Origin: Octopus sinensis
Taxonomy: Eukaryota
NCBI RefSeq assembly: GCF_006345805.1
Contig: NC_042999.1
Span: 148,118,001 to 148,182,000 of the forward strand
DNA length: 64,000 bases
Reading direction: 5' to 3'
A program made the position numbers and the translations under genes. Below, piece after piece: positions 12,601 through 26,169 of the stretch. The number at the start of each line of letters is the position of its first letter. Positions within the stretch are counted from its first letter, which is position 1. The notes below the pieces were generated by a model, which was not told the DNA's origin, searched no databases, and saw only the letters and a program-made list of their open reading frames with translations.

Positions 12601-15600
12601 ATTTCCAAGCTGTTTTCACATTGAGCAAGAGTGTAAGAAGTACAACGTTTTATATATAAATTCTATTGTATTATGTTGTTACTGATGTCTCACCCTAGGT
12701 CCATGCTGACCAGACAGATATATGGTCGCAAGCATTTCAATTATGTCTAACCAGTATATTAGGTGTTTGCCAGGCTACACTTATCCAATGTGTACTTTTT
12801 CTTTTCAAGATTTTAGGACAGTATTTCATGGTGAAGTGTCTATTGTCTAAAGTAGACTCAGTCACCAAGGAGAGGTCCTCTCGTATGATGCACTTGTATC
12901 TAGTACTGAACTAGCAAACCTAGAATAGACTTCTTTAAGCAAACCATGGGTGAATTTCGGGTTTAAGCAAAAGCAGAGATACTCCATATTTTTTAAACAT
13001 CAGTAGGGTATTTAGAAATTGAAAACATATTTAAAAGAAGATGAAAAACATTTATCAAATTTTCTTTTAATCCTTCTTTTTGTTCTTTTACTTAGTCGGA
13101 TCCATGATGAAATCAATACTGTAATATAAATGGAATGGAATAAACTTGCGTAAATATATGGATGTACAAAGATACACTCACATGCATACAGACTTACGCA
13201 CACACGCAAACACACACACACACATGCACGTACGCACGCACATACTGGTGTTCATATGCATAATAGTTAAAGCTAATTATCAACAATAGAATTGTAGGTA
13301 ACATGTAATAATATATTTATTCTCTTACATGAACAGTTGTTTGTTGATATGGTCACATCATCAATAGCTATATCACTCATGTAACCGGATCCTTGAACAG
13401 CTTCAAATACGAATTGCAGTTTTCTTCAAATAAACATTTAAAAAGTAAACAGAAACACTTTAATATGTAGGAAAAGTTATGAAAATTCACATAAGGTCAA
13501 GGAAAATATCTAGTTCTCAGCTTTTTATGATTTACTTAAAATATCTTCAAATCCTAACCAGCATGACTCAAATATGCTGCTGTGTTCGTAACTGTGTATG
13601 GTAAATTTTTTCTGCCCTAGACACAAGGCCCGAAGTTTTTGAGGAGGGGGCAAGTCGATTAACTTTTATTTTGTATTACGGTGTGTATTTATTTCTATTT
13701 TTTGTACATCATAATTATTACTTTCTACGTTTTTTTTTCAGATATTGTATGGTAATTATAATGTAATCAAATAGACGTGGTTCTGTAAGTCACCCAGACA
13801 ACTTCTACGATATCTCTGGACAATATACACCTAAGCCACAACGTAGAATCATAACAACAAAGATTGAACTTGCCTACAGGTATTATTTTTTTTCTGTAAG
13901 TCAGTAGAGGAAGGGAGGGACTGGGCATCACATACCTTCTGTACACATTGCAAAGCAATGTTAACAGATTGGATGAGTGATAAAAGGAAAGCTATGCCAT
14001 TCTCAATCCTCATGGTTTCGGGTGAGCTGAAAAATCACTTCAATGGTTATTATTTTTATTTGAGAAAATTTGCTGGCTTCACAAAGAAAGGCAAATATTA
14101 TGAATCAGCAATAAAATCAGTACCACATGAGGAAGCATCAGTTCCACCAGCAACAAAAACAAACAGCAATTCATCTGAAGATTCTGCTTCTGATATAGGA
14201 ATAGGTAAATATGGCGTATATGTTCCAGATGCAACTAGTTCCCCACATTTGTTAAGTCAATCAGAGTTAAATGGTATAGTGTGCGATTTGAAATTACCAA
14301 AACTAAAAGGCAGGGTGGCTTGATTCCAGACTTCAAGAATGGCATTTCTCTCCAGCCAAACATCAAAGTTTTCCCATTTCCACCATCAAAAATTGCAGTT
14401 TTTAAAACTTTACTTACAGGAGGAAAACGTTTGTTTTTGCCACGATATCAGTGGCTTGATGGTAAGGATTGTTTTTCTCTATAATCCAAAAGAATGGAAA
14501 CTGTTCATTGACTCTAGTAAAGCTAACCTTAAAGCTGTATTACCGCACAGCAGTATTGAAAAACCTTTCATATCTGTAGTACATGCCACTGGCCTTAGCA
14601 AGACTTACGAAAAATCAGAACTGCTGTTAAGACAAATGAAGTATAAGGACCACATACGGAATATCTGTGGTGATCTTAAAGTTGTATGATTACTTCTTGA
14701 GTTACAGTTGGGCTACACAAAACATATCTGTTTTTTGTGTCTAAGGAAAAGCAGAGATGACAAAAGCCACTACAAAAAAATGATTATCCATCTAGATAGA
14801 ATAGAATGTTGGTAAACACAGTTTGAACCAGCAAACGCTTATTGACCCTCAGAAAGTACATCTTCCACCACTTCAGATTAAACTCGTCTTTATGAAAAAT
14901 TTCCTGAAGGGTATGGATCATCAAGCTAGTGGTTTCTAATATTTAAAGGATAAATTCGAAAGAACATTGACAAATGTTAGGATAGAAGCTGGAGTTTTCA
15001 CTGGACAACAGATCTGCAGTGTCACCTATGATTCATCGTTTCCATTTGATCCAAACAAGAATGAACTAGGAGCATTTACATCTTTTGTTCAAGTTGTCAA
15101 AAATTTCCTTGCAAACCACAATGCTGAAAACCACCGAGAACTCGTTGAAAACAATAAAATCTTATGAAAAAATGGGATGTAGAATGTCTTTGAAAATGCA
15201 TTTTTTACATTCCCATCTCGGCTTCTTCCCGGTCGACCTTGGTGCTGTAAATGACGTGCATGAAGAGCACTCACCAACATTTATCGGGTATGGAAAACAG
15301 ATACCAAGGTAATTTCAACCAAAATATGATAGGAAATTATTGTTTGTTCCTGCAGAAGGAGAGCTCGTTATCCTACAAACGACAAAGGAAGAGGAAACAC
15401 CAAAGTTTCACTGAAGAACAGGAAGTTGCCTTTCGGTAGTAACAACAAAATACTAACGCGTTTTGGGTGAATGGTTGGGGTGCAGGGGTGGTAACTCCTC
15501 CAGCGGAAATTCGTTGTCTGTCTTAAACCAGGATAAAGAGGGAAAGAAATTCCTGTACACTAGTTATTTAAATATGCTTAACATAAAACGTGGCACGGAA

Positions 15601-18600
15601 AAGAACCTTGGACGATTTCCGTAATAGAAGCGGGTAAGAAAACAATGAAAAAGAGGGGTTTTTGGTTATACAAAATCTGGACATGATAGAGAAGTTTTGT
15701 TATCAGATCTGAAATTAGCATCAGAAATTTGGTAGGAATCAGCAGTTCATGTGTCTATCAAAAAAATAATTTGTTGCCTAATGTTATGTAAAATTGACTA
15801 TAAATAGATAAGGAAAGTTACAGAGAAGGTTATAGCTCAACTAATTTGAAAGAGAGTTAGCCTAGATGAGATGCAGTTTGGCTTTGTGCCTGGGAGAAGC
15901 ACAACTGATGCTATATTTCTGGTAAGGCAACTGCAGAAGTATTTAGCTAAAAATAAACCTCAATACTTATTTTTTGTTGACACCCAGAAAGCTGTTGGCA
16001 GGGTCACCCGCTCCCTTCTAGTGGTCAATGCAGAAGCTAGGGATAGATGAATGGTTAGTGACAGCTGTACAAGTCATATACAGAGATACTGTTAGTAAGG
16101 TGAAAGTTGACAAAGAGTATAGCAATGAATTCACTGTACATGTAGGAGTTCATCAATGATCAGTTCTCATAGTGTTCCGGGCCATATCAGAGGAATTCAA
16201 CACTGGCTGCCTCTGGGAGTTCCTCTACACTGATGATCTTGTTCTTATAGCTAAATCACTACCTGACCTAGAGAAGAAATTCAGGTGCGGAAAGAAAACC
16301 TGGAATCTAAGGGTTTTAGAGTTAATTTAGCAAAGACCAAAGTCCTAGTAAGTAGGAAAACAAACAAATCACAATCCCTTCTGTGAGACAGCCCTGCTCG
16401 ATGTATAAGAAGCGTGTCGCTAGAAACTCCATACGTTGTACATAGTGTAAGCACTGGACACATAACAGGTGTAGCGGTACCAAAGGGAGGTTAACAGAGA
16501 AAATAGTCTATGCGTGTGGAAAATTAGAGGTACAATAAGCACTAAAAATGTGCACACAATATACTTCCTCAAATGCTTGTGGGTGTAGATAGTTTCTGTT
16601 ACCTAGGTGACCAAGTTAGTAGTAGAAGAGGAAGTTCTAAAAGTGTAGCTGCTAGAATAAGAACGGGCTGAGAAAAGTTCAGAGAGCTTCTAACTCTTTT
16701 CGAAACTAAGGGCCTCTCCCTCAGAATGAAAAGCAGATGTATGATGCTTCTGTACGTACAGCTATACAACAAAGAAGTGAAGCATGGACTATGATTACAG
16801 AAGATTTGCAAAGACTTGAAAGAAATGAAGTTAACATGCTCTGCTGGGTGGGTGATGCCAGTGGGCATGCATGTCAGAGTGTAAATGATTTAAGAGAAAA
16901 ACTGGGTATAAGAAGCATGTTTATTCATGTAATGCATATGGATGAGTGCAGCTGCGTAAAGAAGTGCTTAGCTCTAATTGTTGGGTGGGGGGTATCTATA
17001 GAATAGGTAGACATTGGACGAAACGGTGAGAAAGGATCTTCAGACACTGGACCTCGTTGAGGAAATGTCAAGAGATTAGGAGTTGTGCCAATTTGCTGTA
17101 CTTGAGAAGATGCATTAAGTTAAGTACAATTGCGGTCAACCATACATACAGGTATGTCCTTTGCAGTTGTCGGTGCCACGTAAAATGCACTCGTGCTGGT
17201 GCTACGTGAAATGCACGCGTGTCAGTGCTGCGTAGACGCACCTCTGCCAGTGGAACGTAAAAAGCACCCAGAACACTCTATAAAGTGGATGGCGCAATTA
17301 AAGGCACCTAACCATAGAAACTATGCCAAAAAAGAGAATTGTAGTCTGGACAGCTCCCCAGCTGATCAACTCCTGTCAAACTGACCAACCCATTTTAATA
17401 TAGAAAATGGACGTTGAACGATGACGATGATGATGATGATGACGACGACGACGACGAAAGTAGTAGTCAACATTGGCTTATGGCACCATTATCATATTTT
17501 ATAAAAAAAGAGAGAACTGTTCGTAAGTGCAAGGATACTAGCTTCTTATGATTAACAATCCGAATGACCAATGTTGACAATGGACTTTCCGTGGTTCCTC
17601 GGCTTGTGAAAGATCATTGAAGAGATTTCATTACTAAAACTTGAAAATTATAGATACTAAAATGATAAAGTTTTTTTTAATAATATTTACATTTAATTAT
17701 TTCTGTCGTGAGCGGAAGTTACTGCGGAATACTCAAGCAAATGATGCAAGTTTTTAATGGTCACGTAAGATGCCAGAAATACCAGTAAAATCCCCCTTTA
17801 ATCCTATATCACTTTCTTAGAAAGGACATGGTAGACGATTATTTCTTTTATATTATTTACATTATTTATATTTGACGGATATATTATTTTTTTATGTTGG
17901 CAGTTTTGTGAAAGACAGCTAAGGCGAAAAAACATTACATTGATGCTTTTGTGTCTACTAAATAAGCGGAGAGAATGTTTCATAAGCCACTGGATAAATT
18001 CTATTTATCGTTTAAAAGATTCTATCCAGAATGTTTGTATACGGTAAATGTAATATACTATACTACACTAATGAAAGTTGTTTTGGTAAAGAATCATCAA
18101 CTGTTCAAAAGCTTATTTGCAGCACTGATCAGCTGTCTAAAGTTGAAGTATTTGGAATATTTTCTAACCTTGAAGATTGAAAATGAAATCTAAACTTTGC
18201 AGTCCCTCATAGACAAATTAGATTGTTTCAGAATATGTTGAAGTGAATATGTTTAGATAAATTACTGCGGTAAGAGAAATTTCATGGGAGATTTGTAAAA
18301 ATGAAATTTTCTATGCATATTAGATGGAATGCTAGAAGTGGACAGTTAAACCAAGACGGATTATCTGATTAGGCAGACCAACAGAAAATAAACAGTGAGC
18401 ATTTAAAAATTGAACTAAAACCAAAATATTCTTCTTACCCATATTTATATGTCAGAGGAACACATGCATACTTCCATTTATCACCGTGATTGCCTGATAT
18501 AGTTTTCAGTAGAGTTTTTCCTGAAAAGTTTTCCCTATAAATATTTAGTTTCCCCATATCTTTTCCAAACATGTAATAGTAGAAACTAATACTCTTAGCC

Positions 18601-21600
18601 ACAGGATAAAAGATATTTGTTTTAAAATCCGTTTTTTGACCAGGAAATCCCACTGCAGAGGCAAACATATATTTCCCTGTAAAATAAAAATTATAACATT
18701 AAAAACATACATATGTATGATAAATGAAAAAAAAATATACATTTCTTTTATTCTTGCCAATATATTTACCGAAGTAAAACTTATCAGCAAATAATTGGTT
18801 TTATCCAGATGGACCCACACATAAAATTATTAAGTTACATCATATCTTTAGATTATAGTATTTCAACTACAGTCATTTGTAAATGTAATGCTAATATCAT
18901 TCATTCACGAAATCAATTTTAATCTTTTATTCATTTCCCTTTCTGGTAGCATGGTTGTGTAGATGTTTCCCTTTCTCTTTCATATTTCTCGAGAGAAATA
19001 AAGGCAATTAATGTTCAATGTAAAATATGAAATGAAAGTCAACATTTATTTAAAGTAAGCGTACGATAAACGGTAGTGAAAACTGAAGGATGACTTATAC
19101 AGAGAATGTAATATTTTGGTGCCTTAAATTAGCTAATGATAAAAAGGGGGGGTAAAGATACACACACCGCTTCGATCATGAATGACCCTGGGATTGCACT
19201 TATAAAATTCCCCTTCGAGGCACAACTCCGAGCAAGGTGGTTTATGGAAGACCAACTGTCATCCATGCATGCAGGCTTTACGCACGCCACTAATGTTATC
19301 TAAGGGAAAGGCAAAGGCCGATACAGCTTGATACCAGTGACGTCGCAACTCATTTCTGCAGCTGAGTGAACTGGAGCAATGTGAAATAAAGGGTTTTGAT
19401 AAAGAATACAGCACACAGCCGGGTTAGGGAAACGAACTCACTACCCCATGATTGTGTGCCTGACATTCTAACCACTGAGACATACGCCTCAACTTTTAAC
19501 CAATGATGGAAATATCAATTTCAAATTTTGGTAAAAGGTCAGCAATTTCGGGAAGGAGATAAGTCGACTACCTCAACCCCAGTATTCGATTAGTCGTTAC
19601 TTTATCGACTCCGAGAGGATGAAAGGCAGAGTCGACCTTGGTGGAATTTGAACCCAGACCGTAAAGACGGACGAAATGCCGCTAAGCATTTTGCCCAGCA
19701 TGCTAACGATTCTGTCAGCTCAGTGCCTTAACTAATGATAGAAATATTATTATCCATGAACTATGCTGATATACAAATTGCAATGCCTGCGATGAGGGGA
19801 CAAATAGTTTACTTGTGTACAAATTAAAACACCTGAACTAAAATTTACTTTATCACCTTATGTTTGGTATGGAACAGCCATTGCTACTACTACTGAGAAC
19901 TAAGGGAAATAAATAAGTTATGTTTAGATTATTTAATAATTATATATATATAATTAGTGCCTTAGTTATTAGGATTTGTGTTATATATGTGGCTAAGTGG
20001 CTAGAGTATTCGGCTCTCGATCGTAAGGTTATAAGTTCAATTCCTGGCAACGCGTTGTGTCCTTGAGCAAAATACTTTATTTCACGTTGTTCTAGTTCAC
20101 TCAGCTGACAAAAATGAGTGGTTCTTGTGTTTCAAAGAGCCAGCCTTGTCACACTTTGTGTCACGCTGAATCTCCCTGAGAACTACGTTGAGAGTAGTAT
20201 ATGTGGAGTGCTTAGTCACGTACACATTAATTTCACGAACAGAGTGTTCCGTTGACATCGTGATTATCCAGAAGTGATGGAAAGAGACCAGGTGGTTTTA
20301 CCCATTGCCCCTGTGTAACAGGTAGGTGTCACATCTGGTTTGTCACAATCTGTGACTCCTTTTTCTCCCTCCCACGCCCTGGATGCTGCAATAAAGGGAA
20401 GGATCACGAATTCGATAACCGAACAGAACAAAATCCTTATGTATCGGGGCTTATCAGTGAACTAATATCGTCCAGCCTGTGATGTTTGAGATGTTTGGAA
20501 GGGCTGAGCTGCTAACAACAAAGTGCTTGTCATCGTTGGCAGCTTACGTTACCGAAGTGTCACGTGATGCCTGTGAGTGTGCTTGGCTGTTCCAACGTCT
20601 TAGTCTCGCTATTATCCGCAGTAATGCCGCGAGCATGTTGGCTTGCTTCTGTAGGTCCCATTGAACCTTGTGATATGCGACCAGTTGAAGCACTTAGTGT
20701 TGAATTGATGCTTCTCTTTTCCTTTCTTTTTTCTTCCCTTTCCCCTTCTTTTTCCTCTTTTGCTTCCTTTCTTTGCTCACGTTTGTACTGTCTTCGTTTC
20801 TGGATTTCTATTTTAAAGTGGTTTTGTATTATATATGTATCATATACGTATTACATATGTAATTACTAAATCGTCTAAACTAAGTTACGCTATTACTGAA
20901 GGAAAGAAAGAAAGAAAGAAAGAATGAAACGGACAAAAACAGCAAACGAAACAATGTGAATGATACAACAATATTAACGAGATGAAAAGAATTTATTTCT
21001 TACATTGTTTATTATCAAACTAGCGGGACCTGTGACTATTTCACGGAATTAAGGGTAAACCTATTGAGTTATTTATGAAAACTTTATCCACAAAAGCTGA
21101 AAACGTAGCCTGTGTTGAGTCTTTATGGAAAAATAATCACTCATCTGCTACTCGTTGGAAAGTGAAATAAATTGGAATACAATGATTACTTAATGCACCT
21201 TATATATACACTTAATATACTTTCTGCGCAATTTTATAGATTTAATACGCAGTACTCGTAAAATAAATATTCACTCTTATTTTTCCATTTTTCCCATAAA
21301 CAAACAAAAAAATATATCCCGTACATATGATACAACCTTTAGTTAAATTGCATATATCTGCCACATAAATAAGCTTGAATATTTCACGGAATTGTACTTA
21401 AGCGCATGCGTTAAATGATAGGTGATATAAAAAATGTAGTTTAATTTAAAAAATACACTTTTCACCATCCAGTTACCACCGCCTCCATCTCGACTACCAC
21501 TACCATCATCATCATCTCTCTCTCTCCCTCTCTCTCCCCTCTCTCTCCTTCCCTTCTCTCTACCCCTCTTTCTGTCCTTCTTTAACCTCATCCTCAGAAC

Positions 21601-21678
21601 ATCACCCTCACATCACGTACCTCACATCATGGATGCTTCTCTCTTCCTCTTTTTCTCTCGCCGTCTTTTTTCTTTCTC

Positions 21679-21714
<36 letters not shown>

Positions 21715-24146
21715 TCCCTCTTCCAGTCTCACTCATCGCCTTATCCTCTTTTTCTCTCTCCTTTCTCTTCTCCACTCTTTCCTTTCAACTAATCACATGA
21801 AAGCGTTACAATTATATTCTCTCTACCTCACGTCATGGACACTTATCCCTCCCTCTTTTCTTTCGCCCTCTTTTTCTCTAATCAGGTGAAAGCGTTACCA
21901 ACGGGCTAAGTAACACAATGACAAGGGGGATTATTTTAAAATAAGGACTCTATGTATACCTGATTATATGGTAAAATTATTCCACTGCACTCTGTCATTT
22001 CTCTTTTATCGAATCACTAAATTACAGGCATGTAAACACAGCAACAGCGGTTGTTAAGCTGTGATGGAGAACAAAAACACACAAACACAACACAACACAC
22101 ACACACACGACATGCTTCTTTCAGTTTCCGTCTGCCAAATTCACTCACAAGGCTTTGGTTAGTCTGAGGCTATAGTAAAAGGCATTTCTCCAATGTAAGG
22201 CGTAAATATTTATGTATGGGATTGAACCCAGAACCATACGATTGGGCAGCAAATCGTTTACCACGCAGCCATACCTGCGTCTATGGATATCGACCTAAAA
22301 TAGAATAATCTGATTTTGACCTTATTTTGATGCTGCATTTCTAATGAGCCAGTCTTTAGTTGCTCTTGTCGTTAATCCTTCTACCCCTGCCCTTATACCC
22401 TAAAAAACATTCCTAGCATGACCAACCCATCTTTTCTTTATTTACTGCACGATTCTATCCCCCTTTTTTTCAAGTATACGATTAATAACTTGCAAACTGG
22501 TCAGTTAGCCATCACTTATTGCTAACATGCAAATCAAGCATCTTATTCCCCTCTAAGGAACAGATATTACGTATTCTATCTTTATAGCATGTCTGATATC
22601 CACCTTCACTCCGAAACAGGTTATCTGCATGTATGTCGTTTCTTCTCTCCTTCTCTCTTACATCTCTTACGACTATTTAAGAAACTATGATTTCCAGTTA
22701 TTCTTGAGCAAAGTCTAACGTCCCGCTTCCATTTCTTTTTATCCACTAACAGAACATGACTACTAGCATTAATTTCAAATTTAGGCACACGACCAGTAAT
22801 TGCTGGGGAGGGTGCAAGTCGATTACATCGACCCCAGTGCTTGACTGGTACTTATATTATCGACCCGGAAAGATGAAGGGCAAAGTAGACCTCGGTGGAA
22901 TTCGTACTCAAAAGGTAAAGACGGCAGAAATGCCGCTAAAAATGTTATCCGGTGTGTTTACGATTCTACCAGCTCGTCGCCCTGACTCCTAATAATGATA
23001 GATTTTACATTTTACCACAACAAAGCATTTATATTCACAACTATTATGATTTTACGTATTACAATTACTAATGAATTTCATACACAGTCATTACTATTGT
23101 TGTTTACCCGTAACTACTTCTAATATATTTTACCCACAATAATTATTATCGGCTTTCATTCACTATCCCCAACAGCCACGAAAAGGCATTTTACTCACGC
23201 TACTAGTACCATTTACTTACTATAAATACTGTCTTTAACCCACTACAACTACTAATGTATTTTACAATCTACCAACACAAATATGTTTTACTCACGCTCA
23301 TTACTAATGTCTACTATCCAAAACCAATCCTAAAATTTTCTTTTACCCATTAGCACTATTAAATATTTACGCCTTACTTCTATGAACAAACACTTAAAAA
23401 AATAATAAACTGACGATCTCTCCCGGTTATCTTACATAGAGTCACTTCTCTCATCACTCAATTAGTGTCTCTTTCTCCTAGAGCTCAGTCCTTATCTCCC
23501 GAATATGAACCCCTTGAAATTCCTACCTACCCACTTTCTGTCTATATGTATCAACTTGCAGTTTTTGAATCTGAATAACAACTGCCTCAATCTGACCATG
23601 ATCGGCAAGGTACATAATGTATCTAGAATTATCTTATCAAATGTGTCCGTAATAATTAACCTAAATTCTAAACAGGCAAAACTATTATAATCCACAACAT
23701 ACCCAGGACAACAGACTTCTTTACTAAAATAAGTTCCAGGTGTAATTAATGATTGGTAAACTTACTGACTGAAGCACTGTGTCAAGGACACGAAAGAAAA
23801 ATTACAAAGTGATATATAATAGAAACGGTGAATAATTACCATATCTAGTTTTTGCTGTATGATCTGTTATGGGTCCTGCATCTTTTGAGGAAGGAGGGAG
23901 TGAACGTTTCCATACATAACCTGTACCATTGATTGCCATGCTACAATTATTGCTCTCAAAGGAGCAATATAATTCAGCAGCTGCAAAAAGACATATATAA
24001 AACATTATCCAATTTACTTATATTTTATGAAGAAATACATAAACAAAAATATTATTTTATTCATCTGTTTAAAAGCTAAATTATTCATGTAAGAGGTATA
24101 TTTAAAAGTTAAAATAGAATGAATTTATATATATATATATATATAT

Positions 24147-24184
<38 letters not shown>

Positions 24185-26116
24185 TATATATAATTTGTAT
24201 GTGTGTGTGTATACATATGTGAATTTTTGTATTAAATGTATTTAATATTTTTTGTCTATTGGCTTGCCTAACTTGCTTGTCCTTACATTTAATCCTCTAC
24301 CTGCTCAAGTTCAAATTACTTGAGTACTACAAAATGTATTCCATACAGAGAATTCATGCCTCTGCTAATCTATCAATGGTGTACGTATTTATGTGGTAAT
24401 CAACTGATGTACCGGTGAATTGCATGTTTTACACACACATTTGAAGGAATTCTTTTCCTTATGCAAATAGACTCACAAGCATGCACACACACACACACAC
24501 ACACACATTTGTATACAGATATGTGTGTGTGTGTGTGTATGTGTGTGTGTGTGTGTGTGTGTATAGATATAAAATCAAAATGAGCAACAAGAATATGTTA
24601 CTTATTTTGATTCTAACCACCTTATTTTGAAATTGTATGGATAATACTGTACTAAATTCTAGTGCCTCAACTTAAGCACCATATTCATCTGAATCTAAAT
24701 TTTTACTATACATAGGAGGCGGTCGAAAAAGCCAGCTTCTATATATGGCTGAAGCGGGAAGACCGAAAATGGCTTGAAAGTCATAAACACGCTGACGGGA
24801 AATTACATCATTAGGTGAGACAAGCTGACTGACAGGTGACGGTCGTTTAGAAAAAGTGCGGGCTAAAACCACGCGTCTCCACTAGTCAGTTAAGGTGAGA
24901 CAGTGTCACGTGAAAACTTGCTGGGGCTGCCAGGCAGAAACGATGGAGCGGCCAGGGTAGTTGGGTTTATGTATTCTGGGGAGGAAATAGATGGTGGAGG
25001 TCCGGGGTGTTCGGACGATGAGGTTGGTGGCGGTGGGGGGGAGGGAGCAGAAGAGAATATGAGGTCGTGAACGGTGGAGGACACTCACTGTTGGTAGGAG
25101 GAGGTGGGGGTCGGAGGGGAGCAAGCGATAGAAGAGGGGATTTTGAAGTTGGCTGAGCGCTTTTTCTCTGTATAGGTCTGCACGCCACACCACCACTACT
25201 CCGCCTTTGTCTGCCGGTCTGATGACAATGTCGTTGCGGCAACAGAGGTTGCGACGGGCAATCGATTCAGCACGGGTGAGGTTGGCTGGGAGGGATCTTT
25301 TTTTGAAATTGAATCAGTTGACCAACACATTGCACGAACAATCTAGGCTACTGAATTGTGGGATGTGGAGGGGTCTGTGGAGGGTGCAGGGGGAAGGTCG
25401 TGGTGGATGCGAGATTGGAGGGAGTCAGGGGAGCTAAAGGGGAGGATGTAGGGATGTGGGAGGGGAAGGAGGGGAAGGGTTGAGCAGGTGGTGGAGTTTT
25501 TTGTTTTTTGTGTGTGAGGAAATTGTGGAGTTGGTGGTTGAGATTAAGAATGAAGCGGAGAGTGCGTTGGGGATCTTTTCAAATTTGTGGCCAGGACCCC
25601 AGATCTTTCTAGTTAACTAAATAATTTGAAACTTTGTGTACTCATAGAGTGGAACTAGTTTATTCGCCAGTTGGAACTAGTTTATTTGAGAAAAATCTAT
25701 TTTATGACTTTAATCGTAGATTAAAACTGCGAATTTTAACCAATGAGATTGCTTGTTTTCATATCTAAAACGTTACTGCGATCTGTTAGTGTGACGTTGA
25801 AAGCAGTTTTGTGACGTAGTTGAAGACGGCTTATAAGCACGTCTGCTATTTCTAAAAAGCTTTGTGTGTGGTAAAGTAATTTTTTTACTTTACCATATTT
25901 TTATAAATTATATCGGAGAATCCATATTTTTATAACATATATCGGAGAATCCATGTGATTTTTCGTTGTTTTTCTCTTATACGTATGTGAATTATTTCTG
26001 AGTATGCATTGTCTGGGAGACTTTTTCTTGCAGTTGAGAAATTTTTGGCTGCTATTTCTAAAAAGCTCGGTGTGTGGTTAAGTAATTTTTTTACTTTACC
26101 ATATTTTTATAAATTA

Positions 26117-26169
<53 letters not shown>

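Noticed and set aside
23440-23700. Possible ancient RT fragment on the minus strand
   Set aside because: Only faint resemblance to FDK and QGS motifs, with many stops.
24735-24775. ctgaagcgggaagaccgaaaatgg hammerhead-like string
   Set aside because: A9 is altered, and there is no palindromic stem III, NUH site or stem I partner.
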